Assembly (NCBI GenBank): GCA_002189035.1
Contig: NEEC01000011.1
Location: 1-64,000, forward strand
DNA: 64,000 bases
From: Utricularia gibba
Taxonomy: Eukaryota > Plantae > Magnoliophyta
Direction of reading: 5' to 3'
Positions 25,389 to 37,700 of this stretch are shown here, in pieces (the stretch's first letter is position 1; every line of letters begins with the position of its first letter). A program made the position numbers and the translations under genes. Below the pieces are notes generated by a model. The model saw only the letters and a list, made by a program, of their open reading frames with translations. It searched no databases and was not told the DNA's origin.

Positions 25389-25780
25389 TGATAAACGAAA
25401 ATTCCTAAATCGTTGCAAAAATAGTGTTTTTGTATCAAATAAATTTATAATCCCTAATCTATACGAAATGCAAATTTAGAAAAATTCTATGGTGGATTTT
25501 AATGTTGATCAAGGAGCTGGTCCTTGCAAAGTTTTTTATCGGATACAAAATTCAGAATAAACGTTGTTCTTAGTCTAAGCTCAAATTAGCAACAATATGC
25601 AAATTCAATAAACAAGATCAAGTCTCAATGCTGAAACAATAAATACAAGTTCTAAGCACTAATAATGCTAAGATGCCTCAAGGTGGTTCATGTGATGTGG
25701 TGTTCAAGTTCCTAACTTATTTATCACATAATACATAAAGATACATACTACACAAGATACAACAAACACATCTCATCTTA
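25389..25780 (-). mobile_element. Fragment of the 3' end of a further Athila-type LTR
   Basis: Starts TGATAAACGAAAA like 23505 and shares the ...AAATTTATAA..CCTAAT segment. The right boundary is uncertain. Confidence 0.45.
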
Positions 25781-26029
25781 AAAGTAATAGAGGCGACTAT
25801 TCTTTGTATAGAGAATCATAGTTTGAGTATTAGAGATGTCTTGTTAGTATTCTAGGAAGGGAAATGGATCACTGCACTATGGGGTAGTTTAGTGTTTGTA
25901 AATTTACTTATGTGGTTATGTGAATATATGTGGTTGCCTGAGGCCGTTTATGTGTAGGGAATATGCCACGAAGAACTAGGGCCAACGAGCGTAGTGTTCT
26001 CAACAAGAATGAGCAAGCTGATGGTATGA

Positions 26030-26256
26030 GAGAATGGATGCAAAACATGGCCACGGTAGTGTAGAACTTGGCTAATATGACAGCAACATTGATTAAGGAA
26101 AGAGCTAATCAGAATGATCAAGTGACTCAGGAAGGTACTAGTGAGGGGAATGCAGTTACAACAAGCAAGGACCGATCTGATGGAACTTTGAGGAGCTACC
26201 ATGAGGCTTTGAGGAAGGTGAGAATTCAAATATTTTCCGGAGGATGCCCATTTTAG
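26030..26256 (+). mobile_element. Probable Ty3/gypsy gag N-terminal fragment
   Basis: Translation ...NLANMTATLIKERANQ...SYHEALRKVRIQIFSGG resembles the region before the gag 'F.G' motif. Recognition by eye only. Confidence 0.3.
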
Positions 26257-26261
26257 AATAT

Positions 26262-27265
26262 ATGGATAAGGAAGATGCCGGGTTGACTGCAAAATGGGAT
26301 GATGCAAGTACAGCAACCTTCATAAAAGTGTGCGGTGAAGAAGTGAGAGCCGGGAATAGGCCTAACAGCCATTTCAATAGGGTATGCTGGGAGAATGTTG
26401 TCAAGAACTTTGCCAACCAAACAGGCAAAAATTACTCCAGAGCACAACTAAAAAATAGGTGGGATAAATTGAAATTACTTTGGGACATTTGGATCAAACT
26501 TACAAAACAAACTGGGATTGGATTCAAACCCAATGGAGCAGTGGACATGCCCAACCAATGGTGGAAGGACTATTTGAAGGTTTGAATCCTTCATTTTTGT
26601 GTTGTTTTCATTGATGAATGCTCAGACTTGGCTTGTTTTAGGTGAACAAAAGTGCTAAAATATATATGAATGCCCCTCCAATGTTAGAAGAAGAACAAGA
26701 GCTCATATTCAACGACATACTTGTTACTGGAGATGGAGTTAAATATCCTACATCACAGAATTTTGCTGATTCAATTGAGCATGTGGATTTGAACATGGAA
26801 AATCTTGAAGACACTTCTCCAACTCAAGAGACGGAACATATGGGAACACCGAGTGGATCAACCCCTACCCTTGAAAGAGGAACAAATTTGCCAACTCCAG
26901 TCAAAAGATCAATTGCAAACTCAAAGAAAAGGGCCAGGGAAATAGAAAAAAATGTCATTGCTACTGCTTTGGAGAAGATGGCTAAAGCAATTGGACCTTT
27001 ACGTGAGAAGCGAGTGTTGGAAGATGCGAAGTGCGAATTGGAGACGTGCATGAATATACTAGATCAGTGCCATACAATTGAACATATTGGAGATCTATAT
27101 GGTTATGCTATGTCGATGTTTGGAAATGAAACAAAACGGCATATTTGGATGTCTGCTAAAGATAACATAGCAAGACATGCTTTTCTACGCAATGAATATG
27201 ATATTCATTGTTATAAGCTGAAGAAAAGCACTCAAGGAAATAGCTTCTCTGATGATTTCGTGTAG
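26262..27265 (+). CDS. Myb/SANT-like domain protein (Harbinger ORF1 / L10-interacting MYB-like), 2 exons (26262-26579, 26642-27265), ~313 aa, open frame
   Basis: AKWDDASTATFIKVC.EEVRAGNRPNSHFNRVCWENVVKNF...QLKNRWDKLK...W...TGIG; 62-bp GT-AG intron; exon 2 has LIFNDILVTG and the family-type C-terminal region. Confidence 0.8.
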
Positions 27266-27562
27266 ATGTTCCTTTATTTTCAATTAGTGCAATAGTTATT
27301 TTGTTAAGCTTTTTACTATACATTTCTGTAAGAAAACTACTGCAGCAACTATTTTGTAATGGTTTTTATTATATGTTTCCTTAGTTAAACTATTGTGACA
27401 ACATTAAAATTATACACCATTTTCGTTTTTGGCATCAAAGTTTAAAAATTATTAAGCATAAAATGGATTTTTTTTATTTGAATTGATGATTTCACGATTT
27501 AGGAAAAATATGCTCCAACTTAATAGTACATTTCATTAAAATCATCATATTATTTTTAGCTC

Positions 27563-28278
27563 ATGTTGAAAATTATTTCCAAAATCGTATTAGTGTCTTG
27601 TGTGGTGACGGGGGCGGCAAGTATACTTCCAATGAATTTAAAACCTTTCTGGCTGATAATGGTATACTTCGGTAATCCTCTTGCACTTATCACTCAACAC
27701 AAAATGATGTTTTTGAAAGGAAACATTTACACATTAATGAAGTTGCAGTTTTTATGATGATCAAGGTTGGAATACTAGCTTATATGTGGACTGAAGCATT
27801 TCATATTGTAGCTCGACTTATAATTTTGCTACCATCTGCTCGGCATAAGCAACATTATCCATATCAACAACTATTCAATAAAAATCTTGATTATTCTTCG
27901 CTTCCCATTCAGGGTTGTTGTGCTTATATTCATGTTCCTAGCAAATTCAGGAATAAATTATCTCTGAAGGCAATTAAAGCAATTTTCATTGGGTATGATG
28001 ATGTCAAGAAGGGTTATAGATGCTTTGATATCATTAATCGGAAGTTATTAATATCATGTGATGTGTCGTTTGATGAGAAATGTTTTCCCTTTTTAGAGCC
28101 TTGGAATTTCGCTAACTCCTCATCATCAATTGGATCCTTCAATGCTCCATCATCAATTGAAAGGAATTTTTCAAATCCATTTAACGATGCAATGGAAGAG
28201 TCAACCCACAACACTCAAAATGCAAACCCTCCTATGTCTAATGATGCAATGGAAGAGTCAGCCTATGTCAGTTGTTAG
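27563..28278 (+). mobile_element. Ty1/copia integrase fragment (degenerate)
   Basis: DGGGKYTSNEFKTFL..NGI, W.EAF...LI..LPS, GCCAYIHVP...KL..KA.KAIFIGY....KGYRCFD...DVSFDE; contains stops and frameshifts. Confidence 0.82.
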
Positions 28279-29699
28279 TTTAGATCATGAGTAAGACTCG
28301 AGGAGAGGTCTTTCATTGTTACAGGATAGTGTGATGTTTAGTCATATTTTAATGTATTTAGGTCAATTTTAGTGTTAGAGTGTTAGGATTATGTGAATTA
28401 GAATAGGGAAAATGTCAAAACATGCGTTAGTCAAGTTATTTTTGGTAAAAATGCAATTTTGGTGTTGCGTGTCGTTTTCTCAACAAATTTTAAATATATA
28501 AAACGTAAAACAAAAAAGAGCATAGTACGAGTATCGATCTCAGGAAGTTGTTTTTTGTGAAAAGTGTTTTGTAGAAAACTTTCACAAAATGTCATGGTTT
28601 TGAAAAAGGAGGTTTTTGAGATGCAAAAATAAAAGTTACAACCTAAGTGATGGGCCTTGACTACGGGACGCAGTTCCTGGGAATGAGATTCTGTCTCCTT
28701 CCCTTGTCTATCCTTGCCTCGGTTTTCATTGATTTCTTCCAAATAGCTGGTTATAGGAGCAAGGAATAGCCTACTCTTCCTTACACTCTGATTGACAAGG
28801 AGGCACGGGAATAGCCTCATGTGATTCCCCTTGAACGATTAAGAAGACAAGAGGATTGCCTTCGATTGCCTTCAAAACTGAATTGCGGGCATGTGCTCAA
28901 CTGTTGCAGTACTTAGGCCACAAAAAATCCGCTACTTCCCTTCAACCGGTAGGGTTGGAGTTGGTGCTCTTCACCTTGATATTCACAAAAATCCACAAGG
29001 AGTGGCCTACTACTCATGGACCTTGACTAAGAGTCGTCACAGAAAGACTGCAATAAGATGCATGGAAGTATGCGAAATCCGAAATGAATTCAGTGAAGAA
29101 CTAAGTGTATTGCTCAAGATTTGGAAGGAAACTTCATCTACTTCCCAGAAACTAAAGGGTTTTAGCCACAAAGGAGCAAGAAAATAGAAATGAAAATGGA
29201 ATCTAAGTGTTCTTCCTCCCTTGGAGGAGAGGAAGAATTCAAAAGTTCTAAGTACAAAGATAAGTGCGAAAAGAAGCTAAGTGAAAAGTTCTCAAACAAG
29301 TATTCCAAGTTGATTTTATATCACTCCCTACGTGCATTAACTCCATCTGGTCCTCTTCTCATCATTCCTTCTGTCTTGCGTGCACCACCAGCTTTCCTTT
29401 GCGTGCAAGTTAGCACCCAATCATTGCTGTAGACTCTGACATGCCGTAAGTTAGGGGCCTTGACCAATGTCAGTCTTTCGCCCACAATTGTTCCAAGTCG
29501 CATGCAAGGCACGAAAAGTGAGCGACTGACCACCTATAATACTCCACGACTGCCTCCTGACATATCTCAGTTAAAGTGCATGAAAAAGACAAAGAAAATA
29601 TATACAAAATAGAAAAAGAGGGATTTTATAATAAAATCAAATACTTAATAATAGGACACCTAATTTGGGTGATTGAATACTAGATTAATACCTAATAAT

Positions 29700-30200
29700 A
29701 CATTATAAATAACTAGAAAATGATACTTAACCTATTCCCCCACACTTAAATCATGCTTGTACTCAAGTATGAAAATCATAGCAATTTACGAAAAAGGGTA
29801 GAACCTAAGTCATGATGCCTTACTAAGGTACATTCATACTAAGGATAAGGAAAGTTGGAAAAAAAAAAGAAGGCGAGAATCTCAGAATGAATGCAACTAA
29901 AAAAAATTTGTTGTCTATGTATAAAATATTTGTTGTCTATGTAATTCCTTTCTTTACGGAATATTTCAAGTTGTGAACACCAAAACAATTGAGGGCTCTT
30001 CTTTGGAGACCTTTTTTGGCTGGAGGATCCATCTGTTTCAGGGAGATTTTCTCTCTCAAGATCATTTTTGTGAGTGGAGTGGAAGAGAAGACGAAGGCGA
30101 GGCATTTCAGCATCACACTAAGACTAATCTTCCACATTAGAAGTGCAGCTGAGACCTAAAAGAAGGACAAGGAGGCCTAGGTGTTAGGTTTTTGTAGACA
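29700..30200 (-). mobile_element. Athila-type internal fragment with internal PPT-like motif
   Basis: Reverse complement CTTGAGTACAAGCATGATTTAAGTGTGGGGGAA resembles the PPT at 13621-13654 but is not followed by an LTR. Boundaries are approximate. Confidence 0.45.
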
Positions 30201-31957
30201 TCGTATGTCTCAAAAGCAGCAGAATTTTGAAAATTTTGAGAAACCCCAAACGCAGATCTTGGAATACAGTATACATCAGATAAAGGGATGCTGAAAATAC
30301 CTTTCAGAGGACTCTATTGTTCACCAACCAAAAATAGCAGATGGCCACTATGGTATCCACACGTGGAGCACTCCGTCGATAACCTTCTCAAGGCTCTTGA
30401 ATGCTGGTCGAATTTCTCAGGTGCTAGTAGAGAAAAGCGTCTCCTTGTGGATCAGTCTCAGAGAGCACGAAGACCTTTGGAGTAGATCTCAAGATCTAAA
30501 TCTTTTTCGATAGATATTTTGTGACATATCAAATCATATCTATATGAGATCTTTTATTTTGAGTTTAATCAATATTAATCTCAAAATAACTCTCTATTTA
30601 ATTTATCCACTTTACGAATTACATCTCACGTAATTGTGTCATTCTATTTTATATCAATGAGTGACCCCACTATTGTATGTGACCCTATAGGCTTTTTCAA
30701 TGAAGGCCATAATAATAGATTTATTAATTAACTCTTAATTAATCAAATCCATCATTATCAATCATGAGTGATGTCTAGCAACATATCATGATCCCCAAGA
30801 TTAAAGAATAATCAGGTGAACTGATTGAGTCTTTCCATGACCAGCCACCATGCAATGAACAGCTTTCATCATACTTATATCTCATTCGATACCAGAACAT
30901 GGGTGTGTGTCTTTTTTATGTATCGAACTTATAATTGCATTCAAACACTAACACTCAATGACCTACTCAATCAATTCGAGTGCCATTAACCTGGGCCCAG
31001 GACTTACTGTTAGGCTTTGATGCAATTACTTGAGATATGATCTCATCGCTAACATGAGTGATGAATCCTTTATTGATCAATCAACTATCTCTAACTTTAA
31101 GGAGTCACATCCCTACTCATCCGTACTAGGCAAGCCATGGTTAGACTCCCATTAGTAATGAGCGAAAATGTGAGCTTAAGATCAAGATAAATTTGTTGAT
31201 CTCAAGTCTAAGCTTACTTGCACAACTGTCATATTCGAGATCTTGCTACTGACACTTGGTTTGCTTCCCATAGTAGCATCTCGAAGATGAGTCATCCAGT
31301 GAATCGATTCTCTAATCGACACCCACACATAGGTTCTAGTAATCTCATTACATCAATTGTGAGAACCATTGGCTAAAGTATTTAGGGAATTCAATGTGTA
31401 CCAGCTTATCCGTACTTGTGATATCCTCATTTCACAAATACTCTAGCCAGGGAGTTTTAACTTGATCTTAAGTGCTTGAAGAATCTCACATTATAATCTC
31501 ATCATAATTTCTATAGCACATAGATCTAATAGAAGATTTTATCAATGATATAAATTTGATCATAATTCAAAGTAAATATCAAAAGATAAGATTTTTTATG
31601 AATTTGAACAATTACTCCTAGGTATGAGGAGAATATGAACAGTTACTCCTAGGTAAGACTATAACTTGGGAACGAGGAGAATGTTTGTGTTTTTAATTTC
31701 ATTGCTGCAGGAATTGTACCAGTTGGAGACGAATGCAATGAAAATAACATGTATTTCAATGATGAAAAATCTGACGCGTGGGATGATCTATATCAGTGGA
31801 GGAGATGCAAAGATGGAGTATTCAAAATGTTGAACAATTCTTGTAAAACCTTTGAGAATGAGGCCCATGACGTTGCTGATGATATGGTATTGAAAGATAC
31901 AAGAAAAACGTAGCCTCAAAGAAAGTCTAGTTTAGGACGGGAAATAGGGACGTTCTT

Positions 31958-32759
31958 GGGAGGCAACCCAAGTTTAATTTCTATTAGTTTTATTTTCCTA
32001 ACATTTTATTTTGCACTTTTAGACTAAGCTAGGAGTTATTTTTTTTTTATGTGTTCCTAATAAGAAGGGGAAATCATAGCGAAAAATGACCAGCAAGGGC
32101 ATCCCCTACTTCAAGCAACATGCAGAAATGCTCAATCTCAAGTACCTACACTTTGATGAAGAAGAATTTACAGCCAAGTACAATGAGGTAAAAGGGGCAA
32201 GGTTGTTGCCTTGTCGGGTCATAGATTTCGAAATATTGGTAGAATTAGGCATAGTTACTGAAGTTCATTCAATTTTAGAGGATTATGTGCTGCTTGCTTT
32301 ATGTGATTTGAACCGTCGTTCTTATGTTGAATTAATGTATGAACTTGCTTGTACCTTTTTTCATGAGAAACCAGAAACTATGCTTGCACCATCAGCCATC
32401 AAGTTTAAATTCTAGGAAAGAATTTCTCATTATCAATCGCTGAATGGAATGTGGCTTTAGGTTTTTGTACAGAACATCATGTTGAGTCCCATGAATTTGC
32501 TACCTCATTGTTTGATTATCCTAATGATTTTGATGCTGAAGAGGTTTATGAAATTTTAACTGATCAACATGTGATAGAATTTAAATCCAAAGGGATGAAA
32601 GCTGATTTATTTACAAATCCTGCTATGCGAAATGTTCACTTGCTTGTTTCTACTGTGCTGTTTGGTAGGGCCTTAGGATTTAATTCTCTATATAAACGTG
32701 ATTTTTTTGTCAAAGGTTATGCTCTGATAAAATTTCTGAGTTGGAATTCTTGCATGTAG
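31958..32759 (+). mobile_element. Athila env-like (extra ORF) remnant
   Basis: GGGAGGCAACCC motif at 31958 (cf. GGGAGGTAACC at 39993 after pol), then PCRVIDFEILVELG..EV..IL...SY.EL..EL.CTF and, after a frameshift, KGMKADLFTNPAMRNVHLLVSTVLFGR. Confidence 0.65.
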
Positions 32760-33067
32760 AAACGAAATTGGCCCCTCTTGATGCTCATTTTCTTAAAACT
32801 CCTGGACTAATTCGGGCATGAGGAAGTGGATTTGTTTTTAAGTCTCTTGCAGGACTTTGTGGGAAAGAACCCCCATTGAAGGAAAAGTGAGAAACCTCTG
32901 CTCAAACACTCACAAACCGAAAGAATGAAAAAGGCTGATGTTGCAATGAGCGAATTGACATGGTTTATGACAGGCTTGGGCATTTGTTAAGGGAAGTGAA
33001 GGAACTGAAACAGGGAGTGAGAGACTCCTCCCTGATCAAGTAACATCGCTGTATTGCCTTAGTTTTA

Positions 33068-33098
<31 letters not shown>

Positions 33099-33326
33099 TT
33101 TAGAGCGTTAGTCTAAGTTATGAGTAATTTTGTAGTCCGATACTAGGATTAGAAGAATTTTGCAAGCTATTTGAGGAATTTTCATATGCATGCGTGATGC
33201 TTTTCATGATGTAAAGGATGCATGAATTTTGTTTTAACCGTTCTACACCTATGAGCATGAATTTTAACCTACTTATCTTTATGAGGTAGCAACATGTGTG
33301 ATGAATTCTGATATGTGCAAGCTAAC

Positions 33327-34543
33327 TGATAACACCGTTTTTATTGTAATTTTATATATGTTTTTATGTGTTTTTGTAGAATTAAATGTTGTTTAGTGTG
33401 TTAAATTATCTCCTTTTGCATATTTAGATTGTTAAAATGTGTTTATTATGAAAACAGGCTCAATTGGCAACAATTGAGCCGAAAACTCTAATATTTCATC
33501 TAGTCTGTGTTTTAAGTCTTACCAAGGTAAGAGCTAGTACTGTAGCGGCGCACTTTTCGCGTTGACAAGTCAGAAGGGACAGAAAAGCTGCACAAAAGTC
33601 ACTTTCCGCCGAAATCAACCACTCTTCTGAAGAGATAAGATATGGAGCAGGGATCTCCCTTCTAGAAGCCAAAGAAAAAAGACCAAGCTGCCCTTACTTT
33701 TGAGCAGCAAAAGGGAAAAAGGAAGGGAGAGAAGAGGAGCGTACACTGTGCACGCAGAGTGCACAGACAGTGAACAAGAGCGTGCGGGAGCAAGGAGAAC
33801 TCCGTTTCTCCGGCGAACGACTCCGGCGACCTCCAGATCTATGTGTTTACACCGTCTTTCCGCCCAGAAACTTGATTTCCAGCAGATATACGACCGAGAG
33901 CAAGCGCTAGACACTTCATTTTCTATTTTCTGCACTTCTATTTCGTTAACAACTCGCTGCTGTTTCCTTCAACGTTTACATGCTTTCTGTTATGTTCTTG
34001 CACCTTGTCGTGAACGATAAATCCTCTGTAGACCTTATTTCTGCGTTTAATCATGTTTCTGACTAAGCCTTTCATGTTTGCCTTTAAGTGTAACGCGCTT
34101 TTACTGTTCCTGCGAACCATGCTCTATTTCTGCAAACTATTACTCTATTTTTAAGCGTTCCAAGCTGGGTTTCAGCCTAAGGGCTCTCTTGAGTGACACA
34201 AGAGCCAGACCCTGGTGTAAAACCCAGCCAAATTACTTTTATTTTATGTTTTCTGCACCTTCACGTTAATTTCAATCCCTTTTCACCCCTGCAACTCGTT
34301 TATTTCAGTCACTGTTACTTTAGATCTTACCCGCGTTAGAACTAAACCCCAGAAAACCCCCTATTTCCAGTAAATGTGTTAAACTTCAGGAAATTACAAC
34401 CATTCCCTATGGATTCGACCCTTGCTTGGCACACTACATTAATTCCCGTGATTTTTGTAGTAGAATAGCTAGGTTTATAAATTTCTTTTGATGCTTGAAT
34501 GTGCTAGACCGCGACATTTAGTATCCCATTCCAACGTTCATCA
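33327..34543 (+). mobile_element. 5' LTR of an Athila-type element
   Basis: Begins TGATAACACC, ends GTTCATCA, and is followed 3 nt later by the PBS. Confidence 0.85.
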
Positions 34544-34546
34544 AAA

Positions 34547-34564
34547 TGGCGCCGTTGCCGGGGA
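34547..34564 (+). promoter_or_regulatory. Primer-binding site complementary to tRNA-Asp 3' end (Athila type)
   Basis: TGGCGCCGTTGCCGGGGA directly after the LTR end. Confidence 0.88.
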
Positions 34565-34715
34565 GTGGTGTCTGTTAATTTCTCTGTTGTTAATGCATTT
34601 ACGTTCCTTTGCATGTCCACTTGAACCCCTTGATTTGGAGATCGAGAGGACTGAAAAAGTACTAAGAAAGAAGCACAAACAAAGTTAGCAAGAGGCTAAG
34701 TTGAGAGCCGTAGAG

Positions 34716-37700
34716 ATGGCTGACAACCCACCAAACAACCAGCAGCTTGTAAATATTTTGGAGAAGACTATTGGAGAGTATGAGTCACCAGATCATACCT
34801 ACCAAGGGCATTGTATCACCTTTCCTACAGCAGCAGTTAATTTGGAGTTGAGGCCAGGAACCCTTGCTCTGTTTCCTAAGTATTATGGGAACAAGAATGA
34901 GGACCCGCATATGCATATTGATGATTGTATTGCTGTTGGAGCTGTGCTGCGACCCAAGGACGTGACTGACAATGATTTACTATTTCAAGTCTTCCAATTT
35001 ACTCTTGAAGGACATGCCAAGACTTGGTTCAACACACTTGAACCAGGAAGTATAAGAAGTTGGATGGAAATGAAGAAAGCATTTTTAAATCAGTTTTTCC
35101 CTACCTCCAGAGCAGACGAAATTCGCAGCAAAATTGAAAATATTTTTCAGGATTATGATGAGCCTCTACATGAGTATTGGGGCAGGTTCACAACTCTCCT
35201 TTCGAGCTGTCCACATCATGGATTTGATAAATTGAAGCAGGTGAAATGCTTTTTGAAGGGCTTGACTGCTGCCCAAAGAGACAAGTTGGACTATGCTGCA
35301 CATGGGAATATGAGGACTCTTACCCCATCTGAAGGCTGGGAGAAAATTAAAGAAATGGTTGGACATTCAAGGCATTCTCAATTTCGATCCAAAGCCCAGC
35401 GACAATGAATGAGATGGGAGTACTAAGAGAAGATGAAGCAGCAAGAAATGACAAGGATATTGCTGAATTGAAGGATATGGTAAAAGGATTATTTCTTGTT
35501 CATGCTAAATCCATGCCTTGTGAAGTCTGTGGAATTTTGGGGCATACTCCTGATCATTGCTCCATGAAAGGAAATCTGGAAGAACCACTTGAAGGAGTGA
35601 ATGCAATGGGGTACATGAATAATAGAGTTGATTATTTCAGGCCCAAGAATGACCAGCGATTTGAGCCTATGAGGAGTCATCCCAATTTTAGCTGGAGAAG
35701 CACCAATGTTGAAAATCCACAACATCTGGGATTTAATCAAAAGCAGCAACCAGCTCAAACAATTTCGTTTCAGCAAGGGGAATAAGTATCAAAGCAAGCC
35801 TTATCAACCCCCACATCAGAGAGTCGACCAGCCAAGCACTTCGGGTGTTAAACCACCTCCTTCAACCGAAGAAATGATGAAGATGATGCTGGAAAATATG
35901 GCCAAACGTGACGCTGAACAAGCAAAGAGAGATGCTGAATCAGAGAAGATGATGAAGAGTCTTGAGAGGCAAATTGGCCAACTTGCTATAGAGCTCGCTG
36001 AACTGAAAGGAAATTCAGGGAAACTACCATCTCAGCCAAATGCCAATCCGAAAGCAAATATTTCTGCTATTGAACTTCGTGGGGGGAAGCAACTACCTGA
36101 CCGGAAGGCCCCTACAAGTCAAAGCAAAGTGGCTAAAGGTCCTGAAGTTAATTCGGAGGATAGGACACAAGGAAAAACAGCAAAGGAACCTGCTGTTGAG
36201 ATCAAGAGGACACCTCCTTTTCCTGGAAGATTACAAGCTCGAGCAAGGTAAGAAGAGAAGGACTCCATAATCTCAGCCTTAGACTCTGCGATGATCACAA
36301 TGAAGGCTGTAGATTATTTAAGGCAAGTGCCGAAAGGGATGAAAGTGTTGAAAAACCTGTGTAGTTCGAAGAGGAAGAGCAAGGATGAAGAAGTGATCAA
36401 AGTCAGTGCTCAAGTCTCAGCCTACCTGACACAGCAAATGCCAGAAAAATGTTCAGACCCTGGGACATTTTTTGTTCCTATCCAGGTAGGAACTAAATTC
36501 ATCAGCAAGGCAATGGCGGATCAAGGCACTTCAATCAACATGATGCCTTATGAAGTTTATTTGGCACTAGATTTGGAACCCCTCAGGCCAACAAACTTGA
36601 AGTTACAACTTGCAACCAGATCTGTGGCCATTCCGGAGGGCATTGCGGAAGATGTTCTTGTTAGAGTTTCTAACACCTGCTATCCTTGCGATTTTGTTGT
36701 TGTTAAAATGCCTCCATATAGGGTGAATGATAATACTTTAATTCTGGGATGCCCTTTCCTAGCTACTGCAAATGCTCAAATTGATTGTAGGAAAGGAGCC
36801 ATCACTATTGGTTATGCCGATGATATCTCTATCTTTAAGACCAATGAAGCTGAAAAGTTCCTTGATGATTTTGCACCTGTGACTGGAGTTGATGTCGTTG
36901 ATGAGCTGGTGGAGGAAGTTTTCGATGAAGACTAGCATGATATTCTTAAAATTTTTAAACAAGGAGTTGAGCTTGGAGAGGAGGAAGCTAAGCACATAAT
37001 TCTTGAATGTTTCATTGAAGATAAAGACTTGGTGAAGCTTGGAGAGGTGACTAGTGTTGCACCACCAGAATTGAAACCCTTGCCTTCACACCTCAAGTAT
37101 GCATTTATTGGTGACAATTCAAAGCCGGTGATTATTAGTGCTGATCTTTCTTTTGAAGAAGAGATGAAGTTGATGAACGTTCTCAAAGCTAACAGCAAGG
37201 CCATTGGCTGGACATTGGATGATATAACCGGAATTAGCTCTTTTGTCACCATGCATAGGATTTATCTTGAAGACGGAGCAAAACCGGTTAGACAACCACA
37301 GAGAAGGCTCAATCCTACCCTCATGGAGGTAGTGAAGAAGGAAATACAGAAGCTGTTGAAAGCTGGAGTGATTTATTCAATTTATGATAGCACGTGGGTA
37401 AGTCCTATCCACGTAGTCCCTAAAAAGATAGGAATTACAGTTGTCAAAGATGTTGATGGAAAGAAGGTGGTGACGCGAGTTCAGAATGGCTGGAGGGTAT
37501 GTATTGACTACAGGAAGTTGAATGAAGTCACAAGGAAGGATCACTACCCTTCGTGGACCAAATGTTGGACATGTTAAGTGGTAAAAGTTTTCATTTACCA
37601 GGTTGTTGTGGCACCGGATGATCAAGAAAAGACGACTTACCTGTCCCTTTGGCACCTATGCGTACAAGAAGATGCCATTTGGTCTCTGCAATGCCCCAGT

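Noticed and set aside
33327-34543. LTR shared between two tandem elements (three-LTR structure)
   Set aside because: No polypurine tract precedes it, so it is not the 3' LTR of the upstream env-like element; nested insertion is simpler.
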